This document shows, piece after piece, positions 9,655 to 20,101 of a stretch of 64,000 nt of DNA. Both the position numbers and the translations under genes were made by a program. Source of the stretch: an uncultured Actinomycetes bacterium (GTDB lineage Bacteria; Actinomycetota; UBA4738; HRBIN12); the NCBI GenBank assembly GCA_963704725.1, contig OY969934.1, forward strand, positions 1,056,001 through 1,120,000, written 5' to 3'. Under the pieces are notes generated by a model that was not told the DNA's origin, made no database searches, and saw only the letters and a list, made by a program, of their open reading frames with translations. Every line of letters starts with the position of its first letter. Position 1 is the stretch's first letter.

Positions 9655-9936
9655 ATGCCCAGCAACGGCAGCAGCATCATCCCTCCCGTCACGACAATTC
9701 ACGGGTTCGAGGTGCATCCCACCGTGGAGTCCGACGGCACCGATGCCGGCGGGTCGAAGACCCTCGTGAATGGCAGCTGGTACAGGCTGACGCGCGGCGG
9801 CCACTTCTTCACGCAGGCGGCCGATACCCACACTCACCCGTGGCAGGACTTCGAGGAGTTCATCGCTACGGTGGCAGGTGCGGCGCAGGCGCTGAAGCGG
9901 TACCAGCAGCGCCGGGAGACTGACCTGCGCGTCTGA
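9655..9936 (+). CDS. Small hypothetical protein
   Basis: AAGGGG SD, TACAAT -10 upstream, GC3-biased codons. Confidence 0.55.
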   Translation: MPSNGSSIIPPVTTIHGFEVHPTVESDGTDAGGSKTLVNGSWYRLTRGGHFFTQAADTHTHPWQDFEEFIATVAGAAQALKRYQQRRETDLRV

Positions 9937-10061
9937 CGAACGCAGTCGTCTTCGACGGTGGCAGCGGCAAGCCAGGAGGATGGCCTCTGCCCCCGCCGCC
10001 GTCTTTCGCCCGGTGACGCCAGAGTCGCCGGACACCTGGCAGGGAAGCGCGGGGGAAAGCG

Positions 10062-10256
10062 TCACGCTCCGTGACGCTTTAGGACGCCGCTCTCCCTCCG
10101 ACTTGCCCGATGGCAGTCTCCGCAGAGCTTCAGGTACCGGGGATCAATCAGGACGGGGTGGCGCCTGCCTCGCTCCCGGCATCCGGGGCACACGACCAGC
10201 CCCTCGAACCTCGATCGCGCAGCGTCTCCTCGATCCCGGAGCCGTACCGTTGTCAT
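10062..10256 (-). CDS. Small Zn-finger protein
   Basis: CPGC...CGDC; GAGGAAG SD. Confidence 0.55.
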   Translation of the reverse strand: MTTVRLRDRGDAARSRFEGLVVCPGCRERGRRHPVLIDPRYLKLCGDCHRASRRESGVLKRHGA

Positions 10257-10327
10257 CGTTCTTCCTCTTCTCGTCCCAGATAGCTGTTGACCTGCTCCCA
10301 CCCCGCCTCAGTTCATAGGGGGCTGCT

Positions 10328-10425
10328 AAGTGTCCAACCAGGGATGGACGGACAGTTGGGTAGCACCCCAAGGAGGGCGAAAGTGTCCAACCAGTGGTGA
10401 TGGCGGTGGGACACCTGGTGGGACA
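10328..10425. repeat. Iteron-like repeats (TGTCC[A/C]ACC), candidate element replication origin
   Basis: AAGTGTCCAACCAG at 10328 and 10381; inverted GGTGGGACA twice at ~10405 and ~10417; right after the helicase stop. Confidence 0.6.
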
Positions 10426-10439
10426 TCCCGGCGGGACGC

Positions 10440-11705
10440 CTATGAGGTCAGCAGCTCCTTGACCATCTCGGACCAGCTGTCGCCGACGCGGAACCATCGG
10501 TCCGGCGTCCCACCTTCGCCGGGGACCGGCTCGCCCTTCTCGCGCCGGACCTTGCCGCGCTGTTCGAGCTTCGCGAGCCAGCGCCGCACCGTGCGCTCGG
10601 TCGCCTCGACTTCGAGCTCGTTGAGGACCTCCTCGATCGTGAGGCCCCTCGTGGCCGTCTCGAGGACTCCGAGCACCTCGTCGATCCCCTCGACCACGTC
10701 TCGCCGCATCCGGCCGAGATCCTCGCCGCGACCGTGCGACCAGCGCAGAGTCTGCTCCTCTGGGATCGACTCGACGCGGCCACCGACGTACTTGATCGTT
10801 CGAGGCATCTTGCCCTCGCCGACGACCGCGAAGATGAGGTCGTTGGCAGCGTGGAACTCCGTCGAGCCGCGAGCCCGGTGCTTGTCCCAAGGGGCCTGGT
10901 GCAGCGTCACCACCGCGGCGTTCTCCTCGCGCAGAGGGTCCAGGGCGTCCAGGCACGCGCCGATCACGTCGGCGGAGTTGCCCTGGTCGTCTTTCAGCCC
11001 AAACCAAGCCCGCGCGGTGTCGATCACGACGAGGTCCGCTCGATGGGCCCGCGCGGTTGCCACGATCATCGCGGCGATCTCACCCCACCGCTTCCCGAGC
11101 AGATCTGGATGGGACTTGCGGACGATCATCACCGGACCCGACTCCTCGAGGCCGAACGTGCGGAGCTTGTCGGCGACGGTGTCGCGCGACTCCTCGGTGA
11201 GGTAGAGGATCCGCCTTCCGTCTCGGACGGCGTCGACCATCCGCGCCCAGATCGTGAAGGACTTGCCGGCCTTTGACTGCCCGACCACGAGGGTCCGTAG
11301 CCGACGGTACGCGAGGTTTACGAGGACCGGGTCGAACATCTCGGGGGTGCCCCGGAGGATGTCGTCGGCCGTCTCGACCGGGAGCAGCAGCGCCACATCC
11401 CGCTCCGCGGGCCCGGCGTCTAGCTCCGCGCGAATGGCCTCCTCGGCCACGACTCGCTCCGCCGCCTCGATCACCTGAACGCGGATCATCGCGTCGTTCA
11501 GGGTCGCGTAGGCCCCGCAGGTCAGCACGTCCGGGCAGTCCCGCGGGTCGTCCGCGCAACCGGCGTGGTCGGTCCGCGTCGGCTTCGGGTAGAAGCGCGG
11601 CTCCTCCTTGATTCGCGGGGGGCACCCGATGCGCTCCCACAGCTCGCACTTCGGCTCGAGTGCAGTGCAACCGTCGTGCTTGGTCTTGGTCAGGGTGCTG
11701 CTCAT
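10440..11705 (-). CDS. AAA_25/RepA-type helicase with Cys-rich N-terminus and C-terminal winged helix
   Basis: Walker A GQSKAGKS, Walker B LVVIDT, ARGSTEF, ATERTVRRWLAKLE. Confidence 0.85.
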   Translation of the reverse strand: MSSTLTKTKHDGCTALEPKCELWERIGCPPRIKEEPRFYPKPTRTDHAGCADDPRDCPDVLTCGAYATLNDAMIRVQVIEAAERVVAEEAIRAELDAGPAERDVALLLPVETADDILRGTPEMFDPVLVNLAYRRLRTLVVGQSKAGKSFTIWARMVDAVRDGRRILYLTEESRDTVADKLRTFGLEESGPVMIVRKSHPDLLGKRWGEIAAMIVATARAHRADLVVIDTARAWFGLKDDQGNSADVIGACLDALDPLREENAAVVTLHQAPWDKHRARGSTEFHAANDLIFAVVGEGKMPRTIKYVGGRVESIPEEQTLRWSHGRGEDLGRMRRDVVEGIDEVLGVLETATRGLTIEEVLNELEVEATERTVRRWLAKLEQRGKVRREKGEPVPGEGGTPDRWFRVGDSWSEMVKELLTS

Positions 11706-11743
11706 GCCGATTCCTCTCCGGAGCGCGCCGAGGAAACGGCGAT

Positions 11744-11770
11744 ACGCCCCACGTCAGTGACGTGAGGCGT
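11744..11770. promoter_or_regulatory. 27-bp palindrome upstream of the helicase operon
   Basis: ACGCCCCACGTCA-G-TGACGTGAGGCGT (12/13 arms), overlapping TTGACG on the minus strand. Confidence 0.55.
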
Positions 11771-12020
11771 CAAGAGATGTCGATGCTTCACGTCGCGGAT
11801 ACTGCTGATGCTGATGCTGATGCGATCCCGTCGGCGAGCGTTGTCCGGGAGACCCCGAGGGGCCTCCCGGTACACGCTTCTCCGCGACGAGACACCGGCC
11901 TAAGCCAGTCCGAGGGCATCACTCCCCGGCGACCTACCCGGGCGGGTAGGACGATGAGCGCGCTCGGCGACCCCAGCCAACCAGGTGGGTCCGCGGCAGA
12001 GCGCGCGAAGCTCAGGAACT

Positions 12021-12140
12021 TTGCACTGCAAGGGTATTCATACCGCTCACCTAATAGACCCCGCCGATACGCCTTGCACTGCAAGGACTGCGGGATTGCA
12101 GTGGAGGACTGTCGACCAGCCGTTGGACGCAGCACTGCGG
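12021..12140. promoter_or_regulatory. Array of TTGCACTGCAA-type operators in the divergent control region
   Basis: TTGCACTGCAA 12021-12031, CCTTGCACTGCAAGG 12072-12086, TTGCAGTGGAG ~12096, GCACTGC ~12133. Confidence 0.6.
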
Positions 12141-12183
12141 CAGCCTGGCAGTCCGTCGTGGTACTGTCACGGGGGCGTTACGA

Positions 12184-12531
12184 ATGAAACGCGAGGATAA
12201 CGATCCGCGGCTGCGACCAGGTCTGCCCAAGTGGGTGCGTCACGCCCCGCTTGACGAGCTGACCGAAGAGGACCTCGACCCTGCGACCTGGACGCCCACG
12301 CCGGGCCGACCACGCAAGTACGAGTCGAATGCTGAACGCCAGCGCGCATACCGCCAGCGGAAGGCCGAGAAGCGATCACGAGAGTGGGCCGAGCGACTCG
12401 GCGTCGACCTCCCCCCGGGGACCGTGCTGACCAGCCGCGACTACGGACGCATCGGGAACGAGGTGAAGGCGGGGAGGCTGCGACGCGGACCTCGACGCCC
12501 AAGCGGAGAAGCTCCGAAACCACCCCGGTGA
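12184..12531 (+). CDS. Small basic putative DNA-binding protein
   Basis: PGRPRKYESNAERQRAYRQRK motif. Confidence 0.6.
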   Translation: MKREDNDPRLRPGLPKWVRHAPLDELTEEDLDPATWTPTPGRPRKYESNAERQRAYRQRKAEKRSREWAERLGVDLPPGTVLTSRDYGRIGNEVKAGRLRRGPRRPSGEAPKPPR

Positions 12532-12571
12532 CGAGCGGGAGCAGGAGTGGCGCGGCTATCATCCCGCGACC

Positions 12572-13743
12572 GTGGCCGATCTGCGCATCTCGGAGAAGGC
12601 TGGCTCCTTCACCGAGTCCGTGATCCGGGAGATGACCCGCCTAGCGTCCGTGCACGGCGCGATCAACCTGGGTCAGGGCTTCCCTGACTTCCCGGCACCG
12701 AGCGAGGTGAAGGAGGCGGCCCGGCGGGCCATCGCGGAGGACCACAACCAGTACCCGATCACCTGGGGCACCGCGGAGCTCCGGACCGCGATCGCCGGGC
12801 ACTACGAGCGGTGGTACGGGATGCACCTCGATCCCGAAACCGAGATCTGTGTCACGTGCGGCTCGACCGAGGCGATGATCGTCTCCATGCTGGCGACGCT
12901 CGATCCCGGCGACGAGATCGTGCTTTTTCAACCTTTTACGAGAGCTACAACCCGGACGCCATCCTCACCGGGGTCACGCCTCGCTACGTCGCCCTCCGGC
13001 CGCCCGACTGGACGTTCGACGAGGCCGACCTGCGCGCCGCGTTCACGGATCGGACCCGGGCCATCGTGATCAACACGCCGAACAACCCGACGGGCAAGGT
13101 GTTCGCGCGCGACGAGCTCGAGGCGATCGCGGCGCTGTGCGAACGATTCGACGCCGTCGCGATCACCGACGAGATCTACGAGCATCTGACGTACGACGGC
13201 ACGCGCCACGTCCCGATCGCCACGATCCCCGGCATGCAGGAGCGGACGATCACGATCAGCGCGCTCTCGAAGACCTACGCCGTCACGGGATGGCGCGTGG
13301 GGTGGGCGGTCGCCGCCGGCCGGCTCATGCCCGGGATCCGCTCCGTCCACGACTTCCTCACCGTCGCCGCCGCCACGCCCCTGCAGCTCGCGGGGGTCGA
13401 GGCGCTCGCGCTGCCCGACGCCTACTACGACCGGCTCCGCGAGGAGTACGTCGAGCGCCGAGACCTGATGATGCGAACGCTGGGCGAGACCGGGTTCGAG
13501 GCGGTGGTTCCCCAGGGTGCGTACTACGTGATGGCCGACGTCTCCCACCTCGGGCTCGGCAGCGACGTCGAGACCGCGCACCACATGGTCGAGCGCGAGG
13601 GCGTCGCGGTCGTCCCCGGCTCGTCCTTCTTCTCCCACCCGGACCTCGGCCGGCACCTGGTGCGGTTCGCGTTCTGCAAGCGGATCGACACGCTCGAGGC
13701 CGCCGCCGAGCGGCTGCGGGTCCTCGCCGCCCGGGCGACCTAG
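12572..13743 (+). CDS. Class I/II PLP aminotransferase: element-borne 5' copy plus host 3' part, with a -1 frame offset at attR (~12935)
   Basis: 12572-12937 duplicates 1824-2190; the downstream frame has NTPNNPTG, DEIY, SKTYAVTGWRVG and RFAFCK. Confidence 0.85.
12937..12942 (+). repeat. attR core TACGAG
   Basis: Followed by host codons AGC TAC AAC CCG. Confidence 0.8.
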
Positions 13744-14777
13744 AGGCCGCCCCACCCCCGGCCGGGAGCGAGCACGCCGTTCGGGTCGAACGCCGTCTTC
13801 AGCCTGCGCTGCACCTCGGCCGCCGGGACCGGCCCGTCGCCGAGCCCACCCGGCCCGCGGACCGTCGGGGCGATGCCGCCTGCCGCACGCACGCGTTCAC
13901 GGACCTCTTCCAGGGGGCCGTCGGCGTCCTCGAGCCCGATCCACGCGATCCCCACGCCGGCGAGCGCTCCCCACGCGTCGCCCACGACGACCTCGGCGAG
14001 CCTCGAAGGGGGCACCGCCGCCTCGACCACGACGGAGGAGGGCTCCCACGGGCGCGTCGACGGGAAAGCGTCGTCGTCGACCACGCCGGTCGCCCCGGCC
14101 ACGGCGGCCGTCTGCTCCTCGACCTCGGCGGCCCATCCCTCGAGCCTGAGCTCGACGCCCTCCGGTGTGACCATCAGGCCGGCCGGCGTGGGGACGGCGC
14201 CCATGGCCGCGCTCGCCTCGTCGAACCCCCCCGCCAGGCGGATCGTTCGGCGCGCCTCCGGGAGCGGGCGCACCTTGAGGGCGACCTGGACGACGACGCC
14301 GAGCGTCCCGAGCGACCCGCACACCAGCTTGTGCAGGTCGTAGCCGGTGACGTTCTTCACGGTCCGGGCGCCGCTGCGGACGAACCGCCCGTCGCCGGTG
14401 ACGACCTCGGTCTCCAACACCGTATCGCGGAGCGCCCCCACCTTCAGGCGCCGGGGGCTCGACGCGCCGCTCGCGAGGACGCCGCCCACCGTGGCGTCGT
14501 CGGGCGCGTCCGCCGGCCACTCCTGCCCGCCCTCGGCGAGACGCCGCCGGAGGTCGCCGATCCGCATCCCGGCCTCGACGACCGCGATCATCTCGGCGGG
14601 CTCGTACGACACGAGCCGGTCGAGCTGGGTCGTCCAGAGCTCGGCGTCGACGTCGCACGGGTTCCCCTTGTCGATGTGCCGGCGGCCGCCGACCACGAGC
14701 AGCCTGCGGCCCTGCTCGTTCGCGGCCCGGACCGCCTCGACGGTCTCGGCCTTCGTCGGGGGATGGATCAGATCCAC
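13740..14777 (-). CDS. glcE: FAD-binding oxidoreductase GlcE-like
   Basis: ATVGG, VKNVTGYDL..L..GSLGTLG, LKTAFDPNGVLAPG; GTG overlaps the glcD end. Confidence 0.85.
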   Translation of the reverse strand: MDLIHPPTKAETVEAVRAANEQGRRLLVVGGRRHIDKGNPCDVDAELWTTQLDRLVSYEPAEMIAVVEAGMRIGDLRRRLAEGGQEWPADAPDDATVGGVLASGASSPRRLKVGALRDTVLETEVVTGDGRFVRSGARTVKNVTGYDLHKLVCGSLGTLGVVVQVALKVRPLPEARRTIRLAGGFDEASAAMGAVPTPAGLMVTPEGVELRLEGWAAEVEEQTAAVAGATGVVDDDAFPSTRPWEPSSVVVEAAVPPSRLAEVVVGDAWGALAGVGIAWIGLEDADGPLEEVRERVRAAGGIAPTVRGPGGLGDGPVPAAEVQRRLKTAFDPNGVLAPGRGWGGL

Positions 14778-16231
14778 GCGCCCTCCGGGAGCTCGGCCGC
14801 GGCCTCCGCGGCGTTCGATCCTCGCGCCATGGCGAAGTCGCCGCACCGCGCGCCGTCGGGGAGCACCTTGTGCGGGTTCATCCGACCCTGCGGGTCGAAC
14901 GCCGAGCGCAGGCAGGCCTGGGCCGACAGGTCCTCCGCCGAGAACACCAGCGGCATGAAGTCGCGCTTCTCGAGCCCGATGCCGTGCTCGCCGGAGAGCG
15001 CGCCGCCGGCGTCGATGCACAGCCGCACGATCTCCTCGCTTGCCTTCAGGACGCGCTCGAGCGTTCCGGGGACGCGGCGGTCGAACGACAGGAGCGGGTG
15101 CAGGTTGCCGTCGCCGGCGTGGAAGACGTTCGTGACGACCAACCCACGGCGCTCCGCGATCGCGTAGACGCCCTCCAGGACCTCGACGAGCTTCGATCGG
15201 GGCACCACGCAGTCGTGCAGGTGATAGTGCGGAGCGATCTGCGCCACCGCGCCGAACGCGGACTTCCGCCCCTTCCAGATGAGGGCGCGCTCGGCGTCGT
15301 CGGCGGCGACGCGGATCGATCGGACGGCGTTGGCTCGGGCGGCCGACTCGACGGCTGCGGCCTGGGCCTCGACGGCGGCGGGAGTGCCGTCGACCTCGAC
15401 GATCAGGATGGCCGCGGCGTCGGTGGGGTAACCCGCGTGGGCGAAGCTCTCGGCCGCGACGATGATCCCGTGGTCCATCATCTCGACGGCGGCGGGGACG
15501 ACGCCTCCTGCGATGATGTCCGAGACGGTTGCGGCGCAGTCGGTCACGGCCGTGAAATCGAGGAGCATGGTGCGGACGTCGGCCGGGAGCGGGGTGAGCC
15601 GGACGCACACGCCCGCGACCACGCCGAGCGTCCCCTCGCTGCCGACCATCGCCGCGCGGAGGTCGTACCCGGCCGCCTCCGGCCCCTCCGAGCCGAGTCG
15701 CTCCACGGATCCGTCGGGGAGCACCACGTCGATCGCGAGCACGTGGTTGGACGTCACGCCGTAGGCGAGACAGTGCGGACCGCCGGCGTTCGTGTTGACG
15801 TTCCCGCCGATCGAGGAGGTCTGCTGCGACGATGGATCCGGCGCGTAGGTGAAACCGTACGGACGGAGTGCGTTCCCGAGGTCCAGGTTCGGCAGGCCCG
15901 GCTCGACCCACGCCAGGCGGTCCTCGGTCCGCACCTCGAGGATCCGGGTCATCTTCGAGGTGACGACGACGATGGCGTCCCCGAGCGGCGTCGAGCCGCC
16001 GGCCAGCCCGGTGCCCGAGCCGCGCGGCACGATCGGCAGGTCGTGCTCGGCGGCGATCCGCACGCAGGCCACGACGTCCTCGACGCTCCGCGGGAACGCC
16101 ACGAGCGCGCAGCCGCCCTCGACGAGGGACGCGTCGCGCGCGTAGAGGCGCCGCGCGAGGGGATCGGACAGGACCTCGGAGGGGCCGAGGGCGTCCTCGA
16201 GCGCCAGGCGGGCGGTCTCGACGTCGGCCAT
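14768..16231 (-). CDS. glcD: FAD-linked oxidase GlcD-like
   Basis: PRGSGTGLAGG, PDPSS, GSEGTLG, HAGDGNLHP, GEHGIG. Confidence 0.9.
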   Translation of the reverse strand: MADVETARLALEDALGPSEVLSDPLARRLYARDASLVEGGCALVAFPRSVEDVVACVRIAAEHDLPIVPRGSGTGLAGGSTPLGDAIVVVTSKMTRILEVRTEDRLAWVEPGLPNLDLGNALRPYGFTYAPDPSSQQTSSIGGNVNTNAGGPHCLAYGVTSNHVLAIDVVLPDGSVERLGSEGPEAAGYDLRAAMVGSEGTLGVVAGVCVRLTPLPADVRTMLLDFTAVTDCAATVSDIIAGGVVPAAVEMMDHGIIVAAESFAHAGYPTDAAAILIVEVDGTPAAVEAQAAAVESAARANAVRSIRVAADDAERALIWKGRKSAFGAVAQIAPHYHLHDCVVPRSKLVEVLEGVYAIAERRGLVVTNVFHAGDGNLHPLLSFDRRVPGTLERVLKASEEIVRLCIDAGGALSGEHGIGLEKRDFMPLVFSAEDLSAQACLRSAFDPQGRMNPHKVLPDGARCGDFAMARGSNAAEAAAELPEGAWI

Positions 16232-16266
16232 GTCGACGGCCGTAGGCTACGTCACGCCGGGGTGCG

Positions 16267-16611
16267 TTACGCGACCCGTCCCGGCCGGCCGTCGGGCGTG
16301 GCCAGCGGGCGGCCCTCCGCCTCCCACTCCTCGAGTCCGTTCGCAAGGTTGTGGGCGTCGAAGCCGCGCGCCCGGAGCATCAGGGTCGCCAGCTCGCTCC
16401 GGTTCCCCGACCGGCACACCACGACCGTCGTCCTCTCCAGGTCGAGCTGGGCGGTCGATCCCGCCAGGATCGCGTTGAGGGGCAGATGGATCGAGCCCTC
16501 GATCCGCCCGGCCACCCACTCGTAGGGCTCGCGGCAATCGACCACCTGCACCTCGTCCAGGTGCTCGGCGAGGCCGCGCGAGGTCGTGAGGTCCGTCGTG
16601 GTCTCGGTCAT
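16267..16611 (-). CDS. Rhodanese-like protein
   Basis: VDCREPYEW, VVCRSGNRS, NLANGL..W. Confidence 0.85.
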   Translation of the reverse strand: MTETTTDLTTSRGLAEHLDEVQVVDCREPYEWVAGRIEGSIHLPLNAILAGSTAQLDLERTTVVVCRSGNRSELATLMLRARGFDAHNLANGLEEWEAEGRPLATPDGRPGRVA

Positions 16612-16628
16612 TGCAGGTGCAAATCCTA

Positions 16629-17153
16629 TCAGCCGAGTGCGGAACGGCGGGCCCGCTCGAACGCCTCGAACGCGGCCGCCCCGAACAGGACGAACCGGAC
16701 CTCCTCCACCACCGTCGTGGCCTCCAGGACGGCTCGGATCGCCACGGGAGCGGCCTCGTCCAGCGGGTATCCGTAGACCCCCGTCGAGATGGCCGGGAAG
16801 GCCACGGCCCGCGCGCCGAGCTCGTCCGCCACGTGGAGCGACTCCGCGTGGCATGAGGCGAGGAGGCCCGAGCGATCCTCGCCCTTCGAGTACACCGGTC
16901 CCACCGTGTGGATCACCCATCGCGCCGGGAGGTTCCCCCCCGTGGTCGCCACCGCCCCTCCGGTGGGGAGCCCGTCGGGGAAACGTGTCCTGCGGAGCTC
17001 TCGGCACTCGGCGAGGATGGCGGGCCCGCCGGCCCGGTGGATGGCCCCGTCGACGCCGCCCCCACCCAGCAGCCCGGAGTTCGCGGCGTTCACGACGGCG
17101 TCGACGGTCTGGCGGGTGAGGTCGCCTTCGACGAGCTCGATCGTGGGGGCCAT
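16629..17153 (-). CDS. ymdB: Macro-domain O-acetyl-ADP-ribose deacetylase
   Basis: [36 protein letters not shown]. Confidence 0.9.
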   Translation of the reverse strand: MAPTIELVEGDLTRQTVDAVVNAANSGLLGGGGVDGAIHRAGGPAILAECRELRRTRFPDGLPTGGAVATTGGNLPARWVIHTVGPVYSKGEDRSGLLASCHAESLHVADELGARAVAFPAISTGVYGYPLDEAAPVAIRAVLEATTVVEEVRFVLFGAAAFEAFERARRSALG

Positions 17154-17306
17154 CCCCTCATGCTACGAAGGGTGCGCCGCGAGGGAACCAGGGATTCGAC
17201 CCGGGGTCCCCGACTACGGTGTAATAGGGGATCGAGCAGCGGAACGGACCCTGCCCGGCGGCCGCACCAGGTCGCAGCGCCGGGGCGGGCCGTCGAGGAG
17301 GAGGCC

Positions 17307-18524
<1,218 letters not shown>

Positions 18525-18673
18525 GCCTCTCCAAGGGGGCCGACAAGGCCATCCGCCCCTCGATGTTGGGCACCCTTGGTCGATCCCCGCGGGCCTGGGC
18601 AACCGTAGAACCATCGGGTTGACCGCAGGGGGAACCCATCGGCGAGAATAGGGGCAAGGGGGAAGGAGGCACC

Positions 18674-20002
18674 ATGCGACGACTGAAGTTCATCGTGCCG
18701 ATCGCCGTGCTGTTGCTGGTGGCGGCGGCGTGTTCCAGCGACGACAACGGGGGAGGCTCGAGCGGCACCACCTCCAGCGGTGGCAACCAGGGCGAGAACA
18801 CCGGCACGGTCAACGTGCTGAACGCCATGGAGCCGGAGGAGTCGACCGCGATCCAGGCGCTCGTGGACGAGCAGCTCGGCAACGTCGACTACACGGCGGA
18901 GATCGAGGCCTCGGCCGACTTCGAGGAGCAGTTCCAGATCCGCAGCGAGGGCGGCACGCTCGACATCGCCCTGCTGCCCCAGCCGGGCACCGTGGCCGCC
19001 CAGGCCGAGGCCGGCAACCTGGTCTCGCTCGAGGACCTGGGGTTCAACATCGCCGACCTGCAGGCCCTGTTCGGGGACTACTTCTTGTCCCTGGGCGAGT
19101 ACAACGGCAAGCACTACGGGCTGCCCACCAACATCAACCTGAAGTCCATGGTGTGGTACCCCAAGGACGACTTCGACGCCGCCGGCTACACCGTGCCCAC
19201 CACGTGGGACGAGCTGCTGGCGCTGTCGGACCAGATCGTGGCCGACGGGTCCACGCCGTGGTGCGTGGGCTTCGAGTCCGGCGGGGCCACCGGGTGGCCG
19301 GCGACCGACTGGATGGAGGACATCATGCTCCGCACGGCGGGGCCCGACGTCTACGACCAGTGGGTCAACCACGAGATCCCGTTCAACGACCCGGCCGTGG
19401 TGCACGCCGGCGAGGTCTTCGGCGACGTCATGTTCCACGACGGCTACGTGCTGGGTGGAGCCGCCGACACCACCTCGATCGCCTTCGGCGACGCTCCGCT
19501 GCCGATGTTCGACACCCCGCCGGGGTGCTGGCTGCACCGTCAGGCCAGCTTCATCAACGCCTTCTTCCCGGCCGATGCGGTGGCCGGCACCGACTACGAC
19601 TGGTTCCCCCTTCCCCCCATCGACCAGGAAGGGACCCTGTTCGCCGGTGAGTTCGCCGTGGTGGGCACGAACGGGAACCGCCCGGAGGTCACGGACTTCC
19701 TGAACCAGTTCATGGCCGAGGGCATCCAGTGCGCCATCGGAGGGGTGACGGCGTCCTCCCGCATCTCGCCCAACATCAACGTCGGCCCGGAGTGCTACGC
19801 CAACTCCATCCTGGCCGACGCCTCCGCGGTGCTCACCAACGCCCTGTCCACCGGGACCGGACGCTTCGACGCCTCGGACATGATGCCGGCCGAGGTGGGC
19901 GTGGGCAGCTTCTGGACCGGGATGGTCAAGTACCTGCAGGACGGTCCGGACTCCCTGCAGGGCGTGCTCGACGACATCGAGGCGAGCTGGCCCGCATCGT
20001 AG
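18674..20002 (+). CDS. Sugar ABC substrate-binding lipoprotein (AglE-like)
   Basis: Lipobox AAAC; KSMVWY, ATGWPATDWMED, LHRQASF, RFDASD. Confidence 0.9.
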   Translation: MRRLKFIVPIAVLLLVAAACSSDDNGGGSSGTTSSGGNQGENTGTVNVLNAMEPEESTAIQALVDEQLGNVDYTAEIEASADFEEQFQIRSEGGTLDIALLPQPGTVAAQAEAGNLVSLEDLGFNIADLQALFGDYFLSLGEYNGKHYGLPTNINLKSMVWYPKDDFDAAGYTVPTTWDELLALSDQIVADGSTPWCVGFESGGATGWPATDWMEDIMLRTAGPDVYDQWVNHEIPFNDPAVVHAGEVFGDVMFHDGYVLGGAADTTSIAFGDAPLPMFDTPPGCWLHRQASFINAFFPADAVAGTDYDWFPLPPIDQEGTLFAGEFAVVGTNGNRPEVTDFLNQFMAEGIQCAIGGVTASSRISPNINVGPECYANSILADASAVLTNALSTGTGRFDASDMMPAEVGVGSFWTGMVKYLQDGPDSLQGVLDDIEASWPAS

Positions 20003-20026
20003 AGGGACCACGAAGCACCTGATGCA

Positions 20027-20061
20027 CGAGGGGAGCGGCCGCCCGGCGGCCGCTCCCCTCG
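20027..20061. terminator. Intra-operon stem-loop after the SBP gene
   Basis: CGAGGGGAGCGGCCGCC-C-GGCGGCCGCTCCCCTCG perfect inverted repeat. Confidence 0.7.
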
Positions 20062-20101
20062 GTTTGCGCGAAGGTAGCCCACCGAGAGAGGATGTCTCCT
20101 C

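Larger units (their letters stand above)
2190..12942. mobile_element. Integrated phage-satellite-like element (~10.75 kb) with a large serine recombinase
   Basis: Interrupts the aminotransferase; TACGAG core at both ends; encodes LSR, AAA helicase, terminase small subunit, prohead protease, TA and HEPN cargo. Confidence 0.9.

Noticed and set aside
11802-11823. (GCTGAT)3 microsatellite
   Set aside because: Only three units and not in a supported CDS; no evidence of phase variation.
10328-12140. Repeats in the element as a possible CRISPR array
   Set aside because: Too short, irregularly spaced and partly inverted; no cas genes present.
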